From positions 836,742 to 900,741 of the forward strand of contig OZ244855.1 of the NCBI GenBank assembly GCA_965220975.1: a stretch of 64,000 nucleotides of DNA, written 5' to 3'. Positions within the stretch are counted from its first letter, which is position 1; the number at the start of each line of letters is the position of its first letter. The notes beneath the pieces were generated by a model that ran no database searches, was not told where the DNA came from, and worked only from the letters and a program-made list of their open reading frames with translations. The DNA comes from Candidatus Poriferihabitans sp. (GTDB lineage Bacteria; Pseudomonadota; Gammaproteobacteria; Arenicellales; Poriferihabitantaceae). Shown here piece by piece: positions 39,800-51,031 of the stretch. The position numbers were made by a program, and so were the translations under genes.

Positions 39800-40726
39800 A
39801 TGGAAAGTACACCTGATATTGGACCCGTCATTGAATACCTGAAAGGCTTGCAAAGTAAAATTTGTGATCAGTTCAATTCTGTTGAACCGGAACACTGTTT
39901 TGAACTCGACTCTTGGCAACACAAACAGGGAGGAGGCGGAATAACTCGAGTTATTCAGGGAGGCAAATACTTTGAGAAAGGAGGCGTCAATTTTTCTCAC
40001 GTGCGAGGGGATCAACTCCCCGACTCGGCAACATCGCATCGACATTCGATTGCCGGCTTACCGTTTGAAGCAACCGGAGTTTCGCTGGTTTTACATCCGG
40101 TCAATCCTTTCGTTCCAACCTGCCACATGAACGTTCGTTTCTTTATTGCAGGAAAAGATTCCAAGCATCCAAAATGGTGGTTTGGAGGAGGTTATGATTT
40201 GACCCCATACTATGGATTTCTTGAAGATTGTGTGCATTGGCATTCAGTCGCAAAATCTGCTTGCATACCGTTCGGCGATGAAATTTACTTCCAGTTCAAA
40301 AAACAATGCGATGAATATTTCTACCTCAAACACCGCAACGAACCGCGCGGAATCGGTGGCATTTTTTTTGATGACTTCAATGAAAGTGGATTCTCACACT
40401 CATTTGCTCTGATGAAATCTGTTGGAGACAGTTTTCTCAAAGCTTACATGCCGATATTTGACAGACGTAAAGATCTTCCATGGGAAGATTCACATCGGGA
40501 TTTTCAAACCTTTCGACGCGGCCGATATGTCGAATTTAATCTGGTTTACGATCGTGGGACGCTATTCGGATTGCAGTCTGGCGGCAGAACAGAATCGATA
40601 TTGATGTCATTACCCCCCAATGTTCAGTGGAAATATCAATGGGAGGCAAAACCCGGTACTGAAGAGCAACGCTTGACTGACTACTACCTGGTTCCTAGGG
40701 ACTGGCTATCTGAACAAGCAAACTAG
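39800..40726 (+). CDS. hemF: Oxygen-dependent coproporphyrinogen III oxidase
   Basis: [56 protein letters not shown]. Confidence 0.9.
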   Translation: MESTPDIGPVIEYLKGLQSKICDQFNSVEPEHCFELDSWQHKQGGGGITRVIQGGKYFEKGGVNFSHVRGDQLPDSATSHRHSIAGLPFEATGVSLVLHPVNPFVPTCHMNVRFFIAGKDSKHPKWWFGGGYDLTPYYGFLEDCVHWHSVAKSACIPFGDEIYFQFKKQCDEYFYLKHRNEPRGIGGIFFDDFNESGFSHSFALMKSVGDSFLKAYMPIFDRRKDLPWEDSHRDFQTFRRGRYVEFNLVYDRGTLFGLQSGGRTESILMSLPPNVQWKYQWEAKPGTEEQRLTDYYLVPRDWLSEQAN

Positions 40727-40744
40727 TAGAGAATTTCGATCATT

Positions 40745-42064
40745 ATGCCTCGCGCTCTATATTGTATCGCCTTGTATCTACTGGCCCCAATTCTAGGTGT
40801 TCAATTATTGCTCAGAGTCTCGCGAGACAAGAAGTATCTTGATCGCTTGTCACAACGCTTTGGATATGGGCTGAACATCTCCGCATTCACCCCAAATAGA
40901 GAAGGTCAACCTCGAATCTGGATTCATGCTGTATCCGTTGGCGAAGTCAATGCCGCGATACCTCTTGTTAATCGGATTCATGAGAAATTTCCAGATTGCT
41001 TGATCGTGATGACCACCATGACACCAACCGGAGCGAAACAGGCTAGCGATTATCTCAGCAATAAAATCAGCCATTGCTATCTTCCTTATGACTTTCCGGG
41101 TTCAGTGAGACGCTTCGTATCCCTGATCCAACCCGTAATTGCTGTATTCATGGAAACGGAAATCTGGCCAAACTATCTAGCATGCTGTTCGAGTAGACAG
41201 ATCCCGATTATCTTTGCGAATACGCGTTTGTCTGAAAAGTCCTACCGCGGATATTGCAATTTCAAGCCATTGATTTCCAAATCCTTAAGTTATGTCGACG
41301 AATTCGCAATCCAGTCGCAAATGGATGCTGGGCGTCTACGAAAGCTCGGAGCAAGGAAAGAATCGATTCACATCACAGGGAATATCAAGTTTGACATCAC
41401 CATCAGCGATGAAATGAAGCAAACCGCATTACTCCTTCGGCATCGTTTAGGTAGCCAAAGGCCAGTCTGGATTGCCGGTAGCACCCATCCATTAGAAGAA
41501 CAAAAAATATTGGATGCCTGTAGAGAGATCAATCAAAAATGCGAAAATGCTCTCCTAATTCTGGTACCTCGCCATCCAGAACGATCGAGTCAAATATTGA
41601 GACAGTGCAAAGAAAATGGGTATAAAACGTTGCTTTATTCCAATTTGCAAGGATCAATATCAAAAGAAATCGACATCATGGTCGGGGATACGATGGGAGA
41701 GTTGCCGATGTTGATTGCAACATCCGATGTTGCATTCATTGGCGGCAGTTTAGTACCGGTCGGTGGTCACAACGTCCTTGAGGCTTCGGCAGTAGGCGTG
41801 CCGGTAGTCTTTGGGCCCCATATGTTCAATTTTCAGAAAATTTCAGACCAGATACTGGCTCAGGGTGCTGGACTGCAGGTAGAAAATGCTGGTGAATTGG
41901 CAGAAACCATCTGCAAACTGCTAAATGATCCGACTTCAAGAAAAAATTATGGTGACGAGGGACAGCGTTTTGTTAAAGAGAATCAGGGAGCGGTAGAACG
42001 GGTTTTGACACTGATTGAAAAACATTTGACAAAGATAAACGGTCAGACATGCATCACATCTTGA
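40745..42064 (+). CDS. waaA: 3-deoxy-D-manno-octulosonic acid (Kdo) transferase
   Basis: IWIHAVSVGEVNAAIPL, ETEIWPN, GGSLVPVGGHNVLEA. Confidence 0.85.
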   Translation: MPRALYCIALYLLAPILGVQLLLRVSRDKKYLDRLSQRFGYGLNISAFTPNREGQPRIWIHAVSVGEVNAAIPLVNRIHEKFPDCLIVMTTMTPTGAKQASDYLSNKISHCYLPYDFPGSVRRFVSLIQPVIAVFMETEIWPNYLACCSSRQIPIIFANTRLSEKSYRGYCNFKPLISKSLSYVDEFAIQSQMDAGRLRKLGARKESIHITGNIKFDITISDEMKQTALLLRHRLGSQRPVWIAGSTHPLEEQKILDACREINQKCENALLILVPRHPERSSQILRQCKENGYKTLLYSNLQGSISKEIDIMVGDTMGELPMLIATSDVAFIGGSLVPVGGHNVLEASAVGVPVVFGPHMFNFQKISDQILAQGAGLQVENAGELAETICKLLNDPTSRKNYGDEGQRFVKENQGAVERVLTLIEKHLTKINGQTCITS

Positions 42065-42071
42065 AATAGGT

Positions 42072-44693
42072 TTACTGTTTCAGAGAATTGCTGACGATTT
42101 CCAGTGCATTTGAGGATAATCCATCAACATTTTTCATTTCAAGCAGAGTGTTTTTCATCAGCTCTGCGAGATCATTTCGATAATTACGCCAGTTTTCGAA
42201 TGATCGAACAACATTACTGCTTAAACTCGAGTTAACAGGATCCAGTTTTTTGATCCAGTTCGCCGCGAACGCATATCCCGAACCATCTTCGTTGTGAAAT
42301 ATTACTGGATTGCCATGACAAAATCGTCCGATCAAGGCTCGTACATTATTGGGATTTTTCCAGTGAAAACCTGGATGAGCAGTCAACTCGATTATTTTTT
42401 CCAAAGTGGAAGGTTGAGTTGCTGAAGCCTGCATTGCAAACCATTTGTCGACGACTTCGGGCTGATGCTTCCAGCGTTGATAGAATTCTTCGATATAGTC
42501 TGTTTTATCTGGATGATCAGTTCGAATGAGTGCGCTGTATGCACTGATACTGTCAGTCATGCATCGGGAGTTGGCAATCTGCTCCGAAATTAGACTCCAG
42601 ATATCAGGATCATTCAATTCACTCAGGTAATTCAAGCATTGATCCCGTAACACTCTTGCTCTTATTTCGGCTGGAGCGTTTTGGCCATGGTTGATTTCTG
42701 CACATTCATGATATCGATCCAGCAAATTTGCTCGACAATGTAGAGCGAGGTTTTTTCGCAAGTTACAGCGGGCATGATGAATGGACATAGGATCGATTTT
42801 TTCCATCTGACAGCCTAGATAATCGGCTGAGGGCAGGGAAATTAGCGTAGCCAGCAATTCGTGATCGATATCTTGATTGACAATTAGCTCCTGTACTCGG
42901 TCATGTAGAAATGTATTCTCCATTAACCGATCGCTGTTTTGGATGGCCGCTATGTCAATCAGTAGTTGACTAACGAATAATTGCTGGCCGGAATCCCATC
43001 GGACATAAGGATCATCATCGAAATTCAAAAGAAAGGCCAAATCTTCATTCGTTAGGTTTGAATGCAGTTCTACCGGTGCACTAAACCCCCTCAACAAGGA
43101 TGGAACTACAGGCCTGGTAATATTTTCGAACCGATAAGTCTGTTGCGATTCTTTGAGAATCAAGACAGTTTCTTCCCCCTGTGAATCGATCGGTGCTTGC
43201 TCTCCATTTACGTAATGCAGTCTGGTCTTGATCGGTATCATGAATGGCTTTTTTTCGAAACCATCAGCTGTTATTGGACAACTCTGCGAAAGCATGATTT
43301 CCAGAACAGATCCTGAAGGCAGGTATCGATATTCGGCCTTGACGACCGGGGTGCCGGCTTGAGAATACCAGAGCTTGAATTGAGATAAGTCATGCCCACT
43401 GACTTTTTCAATGGCCTTGACGAATTCATTGATTGTTACTGCCTTTCCGTCGTACATCTCAAAGTACAAGTCAACCCCTTGCCGAAACTGATTATGTCCG
43501 ACCAGGGTCTCTAGCATCCGAACAACCTCGGCTCCTTTTTCATAGACAGTGGCAGTATAGAAGTTGTCAATTTGCTGATAAGACTGAGGTTGAACAGGAT
43601 GAGCCATGGCCCCGGCGTCTTCGCTGAACTGATGATTCCTCAAATTGTTCACTGCATCAATTCTGCGAACTCCCGGGGAACTCATGTCCGCACTGAATTC
43701 CTGTTCACGAAATACGGTAAAGCCTTCTTTTAGACTCAGCTGAAACCAGTCTCGCAATGTGACGCGATTACCAGACCAGTTGTGAAAATATTCGTGCCCA
43801 ATGATGTCTCTGACGAGCTGAAAATTGAAATCGGTAGCAAAGGCTTGATCTGCGAGAACGTAAGTGGTATTGAAAACATTGAGGCTTTTGTTTTCCATCG
43901 CCCCCATATTGAAGTCGCGAACGGCAACAACATTGTACAAGTCGAGGTCATATTCCCGGTTCCATTTCTGCTCATCCCACTGCATTGCCTGCTTGAGCGA
44001 ATGCATGGCATGGTGACATTTGTCAACATTATTCCCTTCGACATAAAATCGTAGCGAGACCTCCCGACCACTCATGGTAGTAAACTGATCTTCAAGACAA
44101 TTCAATGGCCCAGCTACCAAAGCAAATAAATAGGTAGGCTTGGGAAATGGATCCTCCCACTCGACATAATGCCAAGTTTGATCGAGTTCTCCTTGATCGA
44201 CAAGATTGCCATTAGAGAGCATCACAGGAAATTCCAGTTTTGGCGCCTCAATACGAACCTGATAACGTGTCAAAACATCAGGACGATCAATAGAGGGAGT
44301 TATTCGCCGAAATCCCTCTGCTTCACATTGTGTGCAAAGAAGATTCCTTGATCGATACAATCCTTCTAAAGCAGTATTTTCTTGCGGACTCAGTTTGCAG
44401 GTAGTGGTCAGCTGGAATGAATCTGGAGGATTAGCGACAATCAGCAGCTTGTCGTTCTTTGCGACCTCAGAGTTGTCAAGTTCATGACCATCAATTGCAA
44501 TATTTACGATTTCCAGATCATCGTAGTTCAGTTCCAAAGGGCCTGAAGATTCGCCGTTTCGCTGGATTTGGTGGGTTGCTGTAACGATTGTCGAATCAAA
44601 ACCCAACTGAAAAACCAGCCGAGTTTGTTCAATTTTGAAGATTGGAGGAGTGTAGTCGGAAAGATAAATCGTGGCCGGATCGACACTATTCAT
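42072..44693 (-). CDS. pepN: Aminopeptidase N (M1 family)
   Basis: GAMEN, HEYFHNWSGNRVT and LKEGFTVF motifs; 873 aa. Confidence 0.92.
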   Translation of the reverse strand: MNSVDPATIYLSDYTPPIFKIEQTRLVFQLGFDSTIVTATHQIQRNGESSGPLELNYDDLEIVNIAIDGHELDNSEVAKNDKLLIVANPPDSFQLTTTCKLSPQENTALEGLYRSRNLLCTQCEAEGFRRITPSIDRPDVLTRYQVRIEAPKLEFPVMLSNGNLVDQGELDQTWHYVEWEDPFPKPTYLFALVAGPLNCLEDQFTTMSGREVSLRFYVEGNNVDKCHHAMHSLKQAMQWDEQKWNREYDLDLYNVVAVRDFNMGAMENKSLNVFNTTYVLADQAFATDFNFQLVRDIIGHEYFHNWSGNRVTLRDWFQLSLKEGFTVFREQEFSADMSSPGVRRIDAVNNLRNHQFSEDAGAMAHPVQPQSYQQIDNFYTATVYEKGAEVVRMLETLVGHNQFRQGVDLYFEMYDGKAVTINEFVKAIEKVSGHDLSQFKLWYSQAGTPVVKAEYRYLPSGSVLEIMLSQSCPITADGFEKKPFMIPIKTRLHYVNGEQAPIDSQGEETVLILKESQQTYRFENITRPVVPSLLRGFSAPVELHSNLTNEDLAFLLNFDDDPYVRWDSGQQLFVSQLLIDIAAIQNSDRLMENTFLHDRVQELIVNQDIDHELLATLISLPSADYLGCQMEKIDPMSIHHARCNLRKNLALHCRANLLDRYHECAEINHGQNAPAEIRARVLRDQCLNYLSELNDPDIWSLISEQIANSRCMTDSISAYSALIRTDHPDKTDYIEEFYQRWKHQPEVVDKWFAMQASATQPSTLEKIIELTAHPGFHWKNPNNVRALIGRFCHGNPVIFHNEDGSGYAFAANWIKKLDPVNSSLSSNVVRSFENWRNYRNDLAELMKNTLLEMKNVDGLSSNALEIVSNSLKQ

Positions 44694-44735
44694 TGCTGAT
44701 GATAATGATTCTCGAAATGAATGAAATGCAAAGAG

Positions 44736-45059
44736 CTATCGCTCAAGATACTGCAGCTTATCTTTGACTTCTCTCCAATCATCCGCATCTTCCGGAGGAT
44801 CTTTCATCTCGGTGATCACTGGCCAGATTTGACTAAGTTCTGCATTCAGTTTAAGAAAGTGTTCTTGTTCTTTCGGCAAATCATCTTCAGCAAAAATGGC
44901 ATTCACCGGGCATTCCGGTTCACACAAACTGCAATCTATACACTCTTCGGGGTCAATTACCAGACAGTTTGGTCCTTCATGAAAGCAGTCTACCGGACAA
45001 ACCTCAACACAGTCAGTTAGCTTGCAACGGATACAAGATTCTACCACCACATAAGTCAT
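44736..45059 (-). CDS. fdxA: 7Fe ferredoxin (FdxA type)
   Basis: [25 protein letters not shown]...[12 protein letters not shown] has the Cys pattern of [3Fe-4S][4Fe-4S] ferredoxins; 107 aa. Confidence 0.88.
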   Translation of the reverse strand: MTYVVVESCIRCKLTDCVEVCPVDCFHEGPNCLVIDPEECIDCSLCEPECPVNAIFAEDDLPKEQEHFLKLNAELSQIWPVITEMKDPPEDADDWREVKDKLQYLER

Positions 45060-45149
45060 ATTCAGGATACTCGGAATAAGTCAATTTAATAAGCTATGTA
45101 CTTTCGCCGGATACAGCGAATCGAATCCGTGATTTTAACAATTGTTTAC

Positions 45150-47753
45150 TCATACCGCAATATTTTTGCGAAGCTCATAAATCATATTCAGTGCCTCGAG
45201 CGGTGTCAGATTATCGATATCAAGGGATTTGATGCTACTGAGGGCTTTCCGTTCTTCTGGGCTTAGGGGGGCTTCTGTTTTCCTTATGTCGCATGGTTTT
45301 TCGTTTCCCCCGTTCATCTGAATTTTCTCCATGGATTTCAGCTTTGAACTGGAAGCTTTTATGACATGATTTGGAATACCCGCCAGGCGGGCTACTTGCA
45401 GGCCATAACTTTTTGAGGCCGATCCCAGCTTGACCTTGTACATGAACACGATATTGTCGCTATGTTCGACAGCATCCAAGTGTACATTAACGAGGCAGGG
45501 GAGTTTTTGCTCAAGAGCGGTCAGTTCAAAGTAATGCGTCGAAAACAAAGTTAGCGATCTAATCTTCATGGCCAGTTCGATGGCACAAGCCCATGCTAAA
45601 GCCAGACCATCAAATGTACTTGTTCCACGTCCAATTTCATCCACTATCACAAGGCTGTTTTGTGATGCATTTCGCAAAATGCTTGCCATTTCCGTCATTT
45701 CGACCATAAACGTTGAGCGACCACTCGCTAGATCATCTGCCGCACCAATTCGCGTGAATATCCGGTCGATAAATCCGATCCTGGCAGAACTGGCGGGAAC
45801 GAAGCAGCCAGTATGTGCTAACAAGGCAATAATTGCGACTTGTCGCATATAAGTGCTTTTGCCACCCATATTTGGTCCTGTAATCAATTGCATGCGAGTG
45901 TTGTCATTCAGCAAGGTTGAGTTGCTTATGAAATCCTTGCTGACCAGACTTTTTTCAACAACGGGATGTCGTCCATCAACAATTTCAATAATCGATTGAT
46001 CCACTAGCTCGGGGCGACACAAATTGAGTGTTTGCGCTTTTATTGCGAAATTCCCGAGCAAATCCAGACAAGCCAGAGCACGAGCGCATTGAATGATCGA
46101 CTTGATATGTGGTTTTAGATTTTCAAGAATCTGATCATAAAGATACTTTTCACGTATCAGCGCTTTACTCTTGGCTCCGAGTATTCTTTCTTCAAATTGC
46201 TTGAGCTCTTCTGTTACAAATCGTTCGGCATTCTTGATCGTTTGGCGCCGCACATAATGTTCCGGTACACTGCCTTGTTGGGACCGTGGCACTTCAATGT
46301 AATATCCATGTACCCGGTTATAGCGGAGTCGTAGAGTTGAGATTCCGGTCGCCTGTCGTTCATTGATTTCCATCAAAAGTAGATGTTCACCAGATTCCTG
46401 TTGCAGGCGCCTTAATTCCCCGAGTTCATGATCGTAGTCATCTTTCAAGACTCCTCCATCTCGAATCATATTTGCGGGATCGTCCTTGATGGATGATTTG
46501 AGCATGTCCAGTACATCCGGATGCGAGGTCAGCCGACTCTGTAAATCCTGAATCAACGTAGCAGTTGATTGGTCAATCAGTTGGTAGAGTTCTGGCAATA
46601 TTTCAAGAGAATTACGAAGTCCAAGCAAATCTCTGGGACGGGCGGTTTTCATGGAAACTCTGGCAAGAATGCGCTCGATATCGGCAACTGATTTCAGCAG
46701 AATCATTATTTTTTCGAAACTGGGGCACTCCATTAGCCAGTCAATTGCATCATGCCGGGAGGCAAGTTCTGCATGGTTTCGAATTGGGGCGTTCAACCAC
46801 CTACGAAGCATTCTAGCTCCCATAACTGTCTTGCATTCATCGAAAATGCGAACAAGACTATTCTGGGATGTGCCGTCATGTCCTACTTGAATTTCCAAAT
46901 TTTTTCGCGTTACCTCGTCCATGGCCAGAAAACTGCTTTCCTGCTTGAACTCGATGCCCGTGATATGCGGGAGCTGATGGCCGTGCAAATCCTGGATATA
47001 GAGGATCAAGGCGCCCGCTGCACGAGTTGCAACTGGGAACTCTGGGCAATCAAATGCATCGAGAAATTTTGTTTCAAACAGTTCACAGAGAACTTTTTCG
47101 GTTCGTGATGGATCAAAGTACCAGGAGGGGACTTGTTTCAGAGCCGTATCATCTTCTAAAAGATTTTGATTGTCGCTGACGATCATTTCTGCCGCGTTGA
47201 TTTGACTAATCGAGTTCAACAGCAACTCTCGAGTGCCAACTTCGTACCCTACGAACCGGCCGCTCGATATCTCGAGGGTAGCAATTCCGTAACAATCATC
47301 CAACTCGTAGATGGAAGCGGTTATATTCCCCGTTCGCCCATCAAGCAAGGTCTCTTCGATCAAAGTGCCCGGGGTAATTACTCTAACTACCTTGCGTTCA
47401 ACTGGACCTTTGCTGGTTGCCGGGTCTCCCACCTGATCGCAAATGGCGACAGATAGGTTCAGATTGATCAGCCGCTCAAGATATTGTTCGGCAGAGTGGA
47501 TAGGGATGCCAGCCATAGGTATTTCCGAGCCCCCGGATTGATTGCGGGATGTCAGAGTAATATCAAGAATTCTCGAGATTTCTTCGGCATCTTCATAGAA
47601 CATCTCATAAAAATCGCCCATTTGGTAGAACAGGATTTTGTCGGGATGTTCTTCCTTGATCGCAAGATATTGTTTCATCATTGGCGTATGCCCTGATGAA
47701 TGCAGTTTTCTTGACTGTTCTGTTGGTGTCTTGACTAGGGACTCTTGTTCCAT
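45150..47753 (-). CDS. mutS: DNA mismatch repair protein MutS
   Basis: [45 protein letters not shown]. Confidence 0.95.
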   Translation of the reverse strand: MEQESLVKTPTEQSRKLHSSGHTPMMKQYLAIKEEHPDKILFYQMGDFYEMFYEDAEEISRILDITLTSRNQSGGSEIPMAGIPIHSAEQYLERLINLNLSVAICDQVGDPATSKGPVERKVVRVITPGTLIEETLLDGRTGNITASIYELDDCYGIATLEISSGRFVGYEVGTRELLLNSISQINAAEMIVSDNQNLLEDDTALKQVPSWYFDPSRTEKVLCELFETKFLDAFDCPEFPVATRAAGALILYIQDLHGHQLPHITGIEFKQESSFLAMDEVTRKNLEIQVGHDGTSQNSLVRIFDECKTVMGARMLRRWLNAPIRNHAELASRHDAIDWLMECPSFEKIMILLKSVADIERILARVSMKTARPRDLLGLRNSLEILPELYQLIDQSTATLIQDLQSRLTSHPDVLDMLKSSIKDDPANMIRDGGVLKDDYDHELGELRRLQQESGEHLLLMEINERQATGISTLRLRYNRVHGYYIEVPRSQQGSVPEHYVRRQTIKNAERFVTEELKQFEERILGAKSKALIREKYLYDQILENLKPHIKSIIQCARALACLDLLGNFAIKAQTLNLCRPELVDQSIIEIVDGRHPVVEKSLVSKDFISNSTLLNDNTRMQLITGPNMGGKSTYMRQVAIIALLAHTGCFVPASSARIGFIDRIFTRIGAADDLASGRSTFMVEMTEMASILRNASQNSLVIVDEIGRGTSTFDGLALAWACAIELAMKIRSLTLFSTHYFELTALEQKLPCLVNVHLDAVEHSDNIVFMYKVKLGSASKSYGLQVARLAGIPNHVIKASSSKLKSMEKIQMNGGNEKPCDIRKTEAPLSPEERKALSSIKSLDIDNLTPLEALNMIYELRKNIAV

Positions 47754-47809
47754 GAAATAAAATTCATAAATGGGTTAATTGCGAAGCTGTCTGTACTTTG
47801 AAAGGAATG

Positions 47810-47844
47810 GAGTATGCGATTGTTGGATAGAGTATGCGACTGTT
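47810..47844. repeat. Two direct copies of GAGTATGCGAYTGTT with 20-nt period, upstream of mutS
   Basis: 47810..47824 and 47830..47844 are 14/15 identical, read directly. Confidence 0.8.
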
Positions 47845-48024
47845 TCTAAAATAAATTTTACTTTTATTCTTGCAGTTATTGCTATTATTGAATCAATATT
47901 TGAAGTTCGAATCTCCTGGCTGGAAAATTCCTTGATGTTCTCTTGCTCTCTTGTTGCGCGGGAATGTCTAATCTCCTCATCGAAAGACCGGAGTTATTGG
48001 AGTTTAAATTGCGAGAGTCGATTT

Positions 48025-50943
48025 TCATTTCGGCATCAACTTGGCCAAAGCCTCCTGGTTTTGGCCGTGAACCGACGGTTCATTGCACCATAGCCATCGC
48101 AACTGATGGATGACATCCATTGCGCTTTGCGGAAGCCCTACAATGTGAGCTATCGCGGAATCAATTTCAATCCTTGCCTTGTCTGCATGGGCTTGGCATG
48201 CAGGACGCAACTGGCGTCCGGACAATTCATCGAACCTTGATTCAGCATAATCCAATGCCGAATCATCCAGCTGATTCAGATCAGGGCAAGGAATCTGACG
48301 CAATGCGCCGATTTGTGTTGTAGATCTTCCTGAATGCGTCCGTTGTCCACGTGTCCAATGCAAGATCATGCCCGGCGATGAGTTTGCCCACAGAGAGAAA
48401 GCCTTGCAGACACGCAGGTCATCATGTTGCAGTGTGGCCCACGCCCGTCCGCCCATGACCCTGTATCTGGTTACGGCAGTCAGCAGGGACTGGGATGTCC
48501 AGCGCATGTTGCGAGCATAGAACAGATGCCCCTGCCTTGCCCGCATTGCATCACAATTGTCGCCGACAGGCACTCCTTTATGCGTTGGCGATACAACAAG
48601 GCAACGTTGTGATGTTGCATTTGCCGCCCATAGCGATCTGTCGTTGCCGATCGCATCTGTCTCGCTTGCCACGGGAAACATTTCAAATGCGCCGATTGCA
48701 TCATTGCCACTGACATATCCGATAAGATGGTGAGTTGGCCCGACATCAAACAGTTGCTGAATCGTTGTCATCGAGCATTTCCATGCCATGGAGGTGTCAA
48801 GAAAATCCAACCGTCCGCAAGACAGTTGCATGGCAGCATTTGCCAGGCCGGAGTGTACTGTACCCAACATTCCCCAAGGCGCTCCATCTCCGTTCGAAGC
48901 AAAATTGTAAGCGACACCAATCTCCTCGGCGGCGACCCTGACTGGACGACAGGGATTATTTGCTGAAACATGATCAATGGTATTTGCAATCGTCCGTGCA
49001 ATTTCACCGGCTTCGCCGAGTCTGTTGACGGGAGAATGAAGAGTCACGAGCTTCACGCCGACTTCTTCCATTCCGCTGGATGAATGCGTCCGTCGAGTTG
49101 CGACGAGAAGCATTTCCTCCATGCCGGTGTCTGCCGAAAATGCATCGTCTCCCAGCGCCTGCCCGGAAGCCACAACGATCGCAACTATGTCTTCAAACTC
49201 CAATTCGATCATTCTTCTTGTTTCCGTCCATGAATCGGCATAGGCCGCGGTGAGTGGCAACACAAAACCAATCCTGCCTCCCGGCTTGACCTTATCCATG
49301 GCCAATACCAGAAAGGAAGCGGCCATTCCGGCCTTGGCATTGCAGGGCTTGTCTCTGATCAGCTGCTTCCACCGGTCCTGACAGGCGATCCTCTCCTGCT
49401 CCGACAGGCCGGCAATGTCAAATGCGCTTTGACCGCCTCTTGTTCTTGAATAGGGGGGGTTCATCAAAATCCAGTCAATGCTGCTGTCGTCAATAAGAAC
49501 GGAATAGTTCTTTTTCTGATCGTCGCCGTGAGAATGGCCTCCCGAAACCCTGCCCATTGCATCTTCCTGATTTGGAGCATGAAAGTACTCGAGCGAACCC
49601 GTGGAGCTTTTCTCGCCACCAACATTCATCCAGCCAATCCGAGTCTTTCCGTAAGTCTCGCCCATCCCGATTGCAGCCAAGGATGCAGAGGTAAGGTGTG
49701 CCGCAATAGGGCTTATATCCGTGCCAATGATCCCTGACTCCATTGCTTCACGATGCAATCGGGAAATGCTTTCTTCATTTCCTCCGTTCGTTTCGTGCAA
49801 AGCCTGGATTCTTCTATATCCAGCTCTCAATAGCGTTCCAGTGCCACAAGTCAGATCCGCCATGCATCGATTCGAGAATAATCCTCCATGCGACCACTCG
49901 TCGGGGGGAAGATCCTGGCTGCGGATTGTCAGGCTGGCTAACAATTCAGCAGTCGCTGGCTGCGTATAGAAAGCAGCCGCCTGCTTTCGATCTTCACTCA
50001 GCTTGGGAAAGAGTTCGGCGCCAACATTTATGTGTAAACCCAATCCTGCAACCTCGATTTCATTCACGGCATTAATCAGAATTTTCAGTGCCTGACTGGT
50101 CGCTCGCACATCAGAGTTTCCGACAATCATCAAAACCTCAATGGCAGGATCAAAAATCGCTCGCCAGTTTTTTTTCTGAATTTCTGTCCATATTGCAGCT
50201 TGTTTGACATGTGATTGCACTGTCGCAGGCTTGAAATCAAGGGAGGGGGCTTGCTCAACTTCCTGCATGTGCAAGCGTTGCTGAATCAGCAAGGCATTCA
50301 GCCATAATACCATTGCCGTCTTGATGCTCATCAGAACAGATCCTCTCTTGATGAGATCGTCGACTTTCTTGCGCGTCATTTTGGGCAGAGAGCCAAGATG
50401 GAAGCTCGCGGAATTAACCAGGTCCGACACTTCGGCTGCCACTTGTTCAATGTCTTCTTTTGGCAGGATTGCCTCTGACAGAAGGGAGGCCATGTTTTTC
50501 ACACCGCCCTGGATGAAGCCCTGTCTTGGCCATCTTCGAATTCCTTCCTCGATCTTGTGGTACAACGCATATCCAATATCGACTCCCTTGGCCAACTCCT
50601 CTTTAGGTGATTCAGCCGATTGAAACAACGCTGGAATGTGAACAGCAATTGCGGTCTTGATTTCGCGATGACCGCTCACAATGGGCAAGCCCAGCCTGGA
50701 TTGGGCGTCTTGATCCGCGTCAGATGGATTGAATGAACATTCGATCGCCAAAGGAGGAAATTGATTCTCGACAATCAGGATATCAGGTCGCTTGCCCGCA
50801 TTCTCTCTCCCTGCCAAAACTCCAGTCTGCTCCGCGTTTATGGGAGAGGGCGTGACTTTCCATCGTATACGGGTTCCACGCAGAACATCACGCAGCGCAA
50901 AATTGAATTCCTCCTCTCGATTACGACCAAATTCTGCTGTCAT
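48025..50943 (-). CDS. Single-polypeptide restriction-modification-like protein: N-terminal PD-(D/E)xK-like nuclease region + N6-adenine (gamma-class) DNA methyltransferase + large C-terminal region (Type IIG/IIL-like)
   Basis: FYTQPATAELL, motif I DLTCGTGTLL, motif IV MNPPYSRT. The N-terminus has RPDILIV...LAIECS. 972 aa, GC-rich, no neighbouring partner genes. Confidence 0.7.
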   Translation of the reverse strand: MTAEFGRNREEEFNFALRDVLRGTRIRWKVTPSPINAEQTGVLAGRENAGKRPDILIVENQFPPLAIECSFNPSDADQDAQSRLGLPIVSGHREIKTAIAVHIPALFQSAESPKEELAKGVDIGYALYHKIEEGIRRWPRQGFIQGGVKNMASLLSEAILPKEDIEQVAAEVSDLVNSASFHLGSLPKMTRKKVDDLIKRGSVLMSIKTAMVLWLNALLIQQRLHMQEVEQAPSLDFKPATVQSHVKQAAIWTEIQKKNWRAIFDPAIEVLMIVGNSDVRATSQALKILINAVNEIEVAGLGLHINVGAELFPKLSEDRKQAAAFYTQPATAELLASLTIRSQDLPPDEWSHGGLFSNRCMADLTCGTGTLLRAGYRRIQALHETNGGNEESISRLHREAMESGIIGTDISPIAAHLTSASLAAIGMGETYGKTRIGWMNVGGEKSSTGSLEYFHAPNQEDAMGRVSGGHSHGDDQKKNYSVLIDDSSIDWILMNPPYSRTRGGQSAFDIAGLSEQERIACQDRWKQLIRDKPCNAKAGMAASFLVLAMDKVKPGGRIGFVLPLTAAYADSWTETRRMIELEFEDIVAIVVASGQALGDDAFSADTGMEEMLLVATRRTHSSSGMEEVGVKLVTLHSPVNRLGEAGEIARTIANTIDHVSANNPCRPVRVAAEEIGVAYNFASNGDGAPWGMLGTVHSGLANAAMQLSCGRLDFLDTSMAWKCSMTTIQQLFDVGPTHHLIGYVSGNDAIGAFEMFPVASETDAIGNDRSLWAANATSQRCLVVSPTHKGVPVGDNCDAMRARQGHLFYARNMRWTSQSLLTAVTRYRVMGGRAWATLQHDDLRVCKAFSLWANSSPGMILHWTRGQRTHSGRSTTQIGALRQIPCPDLNQLDDSALDYAESRFDELSGRQLRPACQAHADKARIEIDSAIAHIVGLPQSAMDVIHQLRWLWCNEPSVHGQNQEALAKLMPK

Positions 50944-51031
50944 AACTTTCTTTAATCGATAAACCCGTTCTAACTAATTGTCCCTTGAGGTCGGCAATAT
51001 TCGCAAATGGAAAAATGTTCGGTTGCCTGAA

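Noticed and set aside
47895-47925. gttcgaatctcctggctgg resembling a tRNA T-loop/3' end that could be an island attachment site
   Set aside because: The flanking bases do not form a T-stem or acceptor stem. No matching direct repeat is visible at the other edge of the R-M islet (about 50950..51030).
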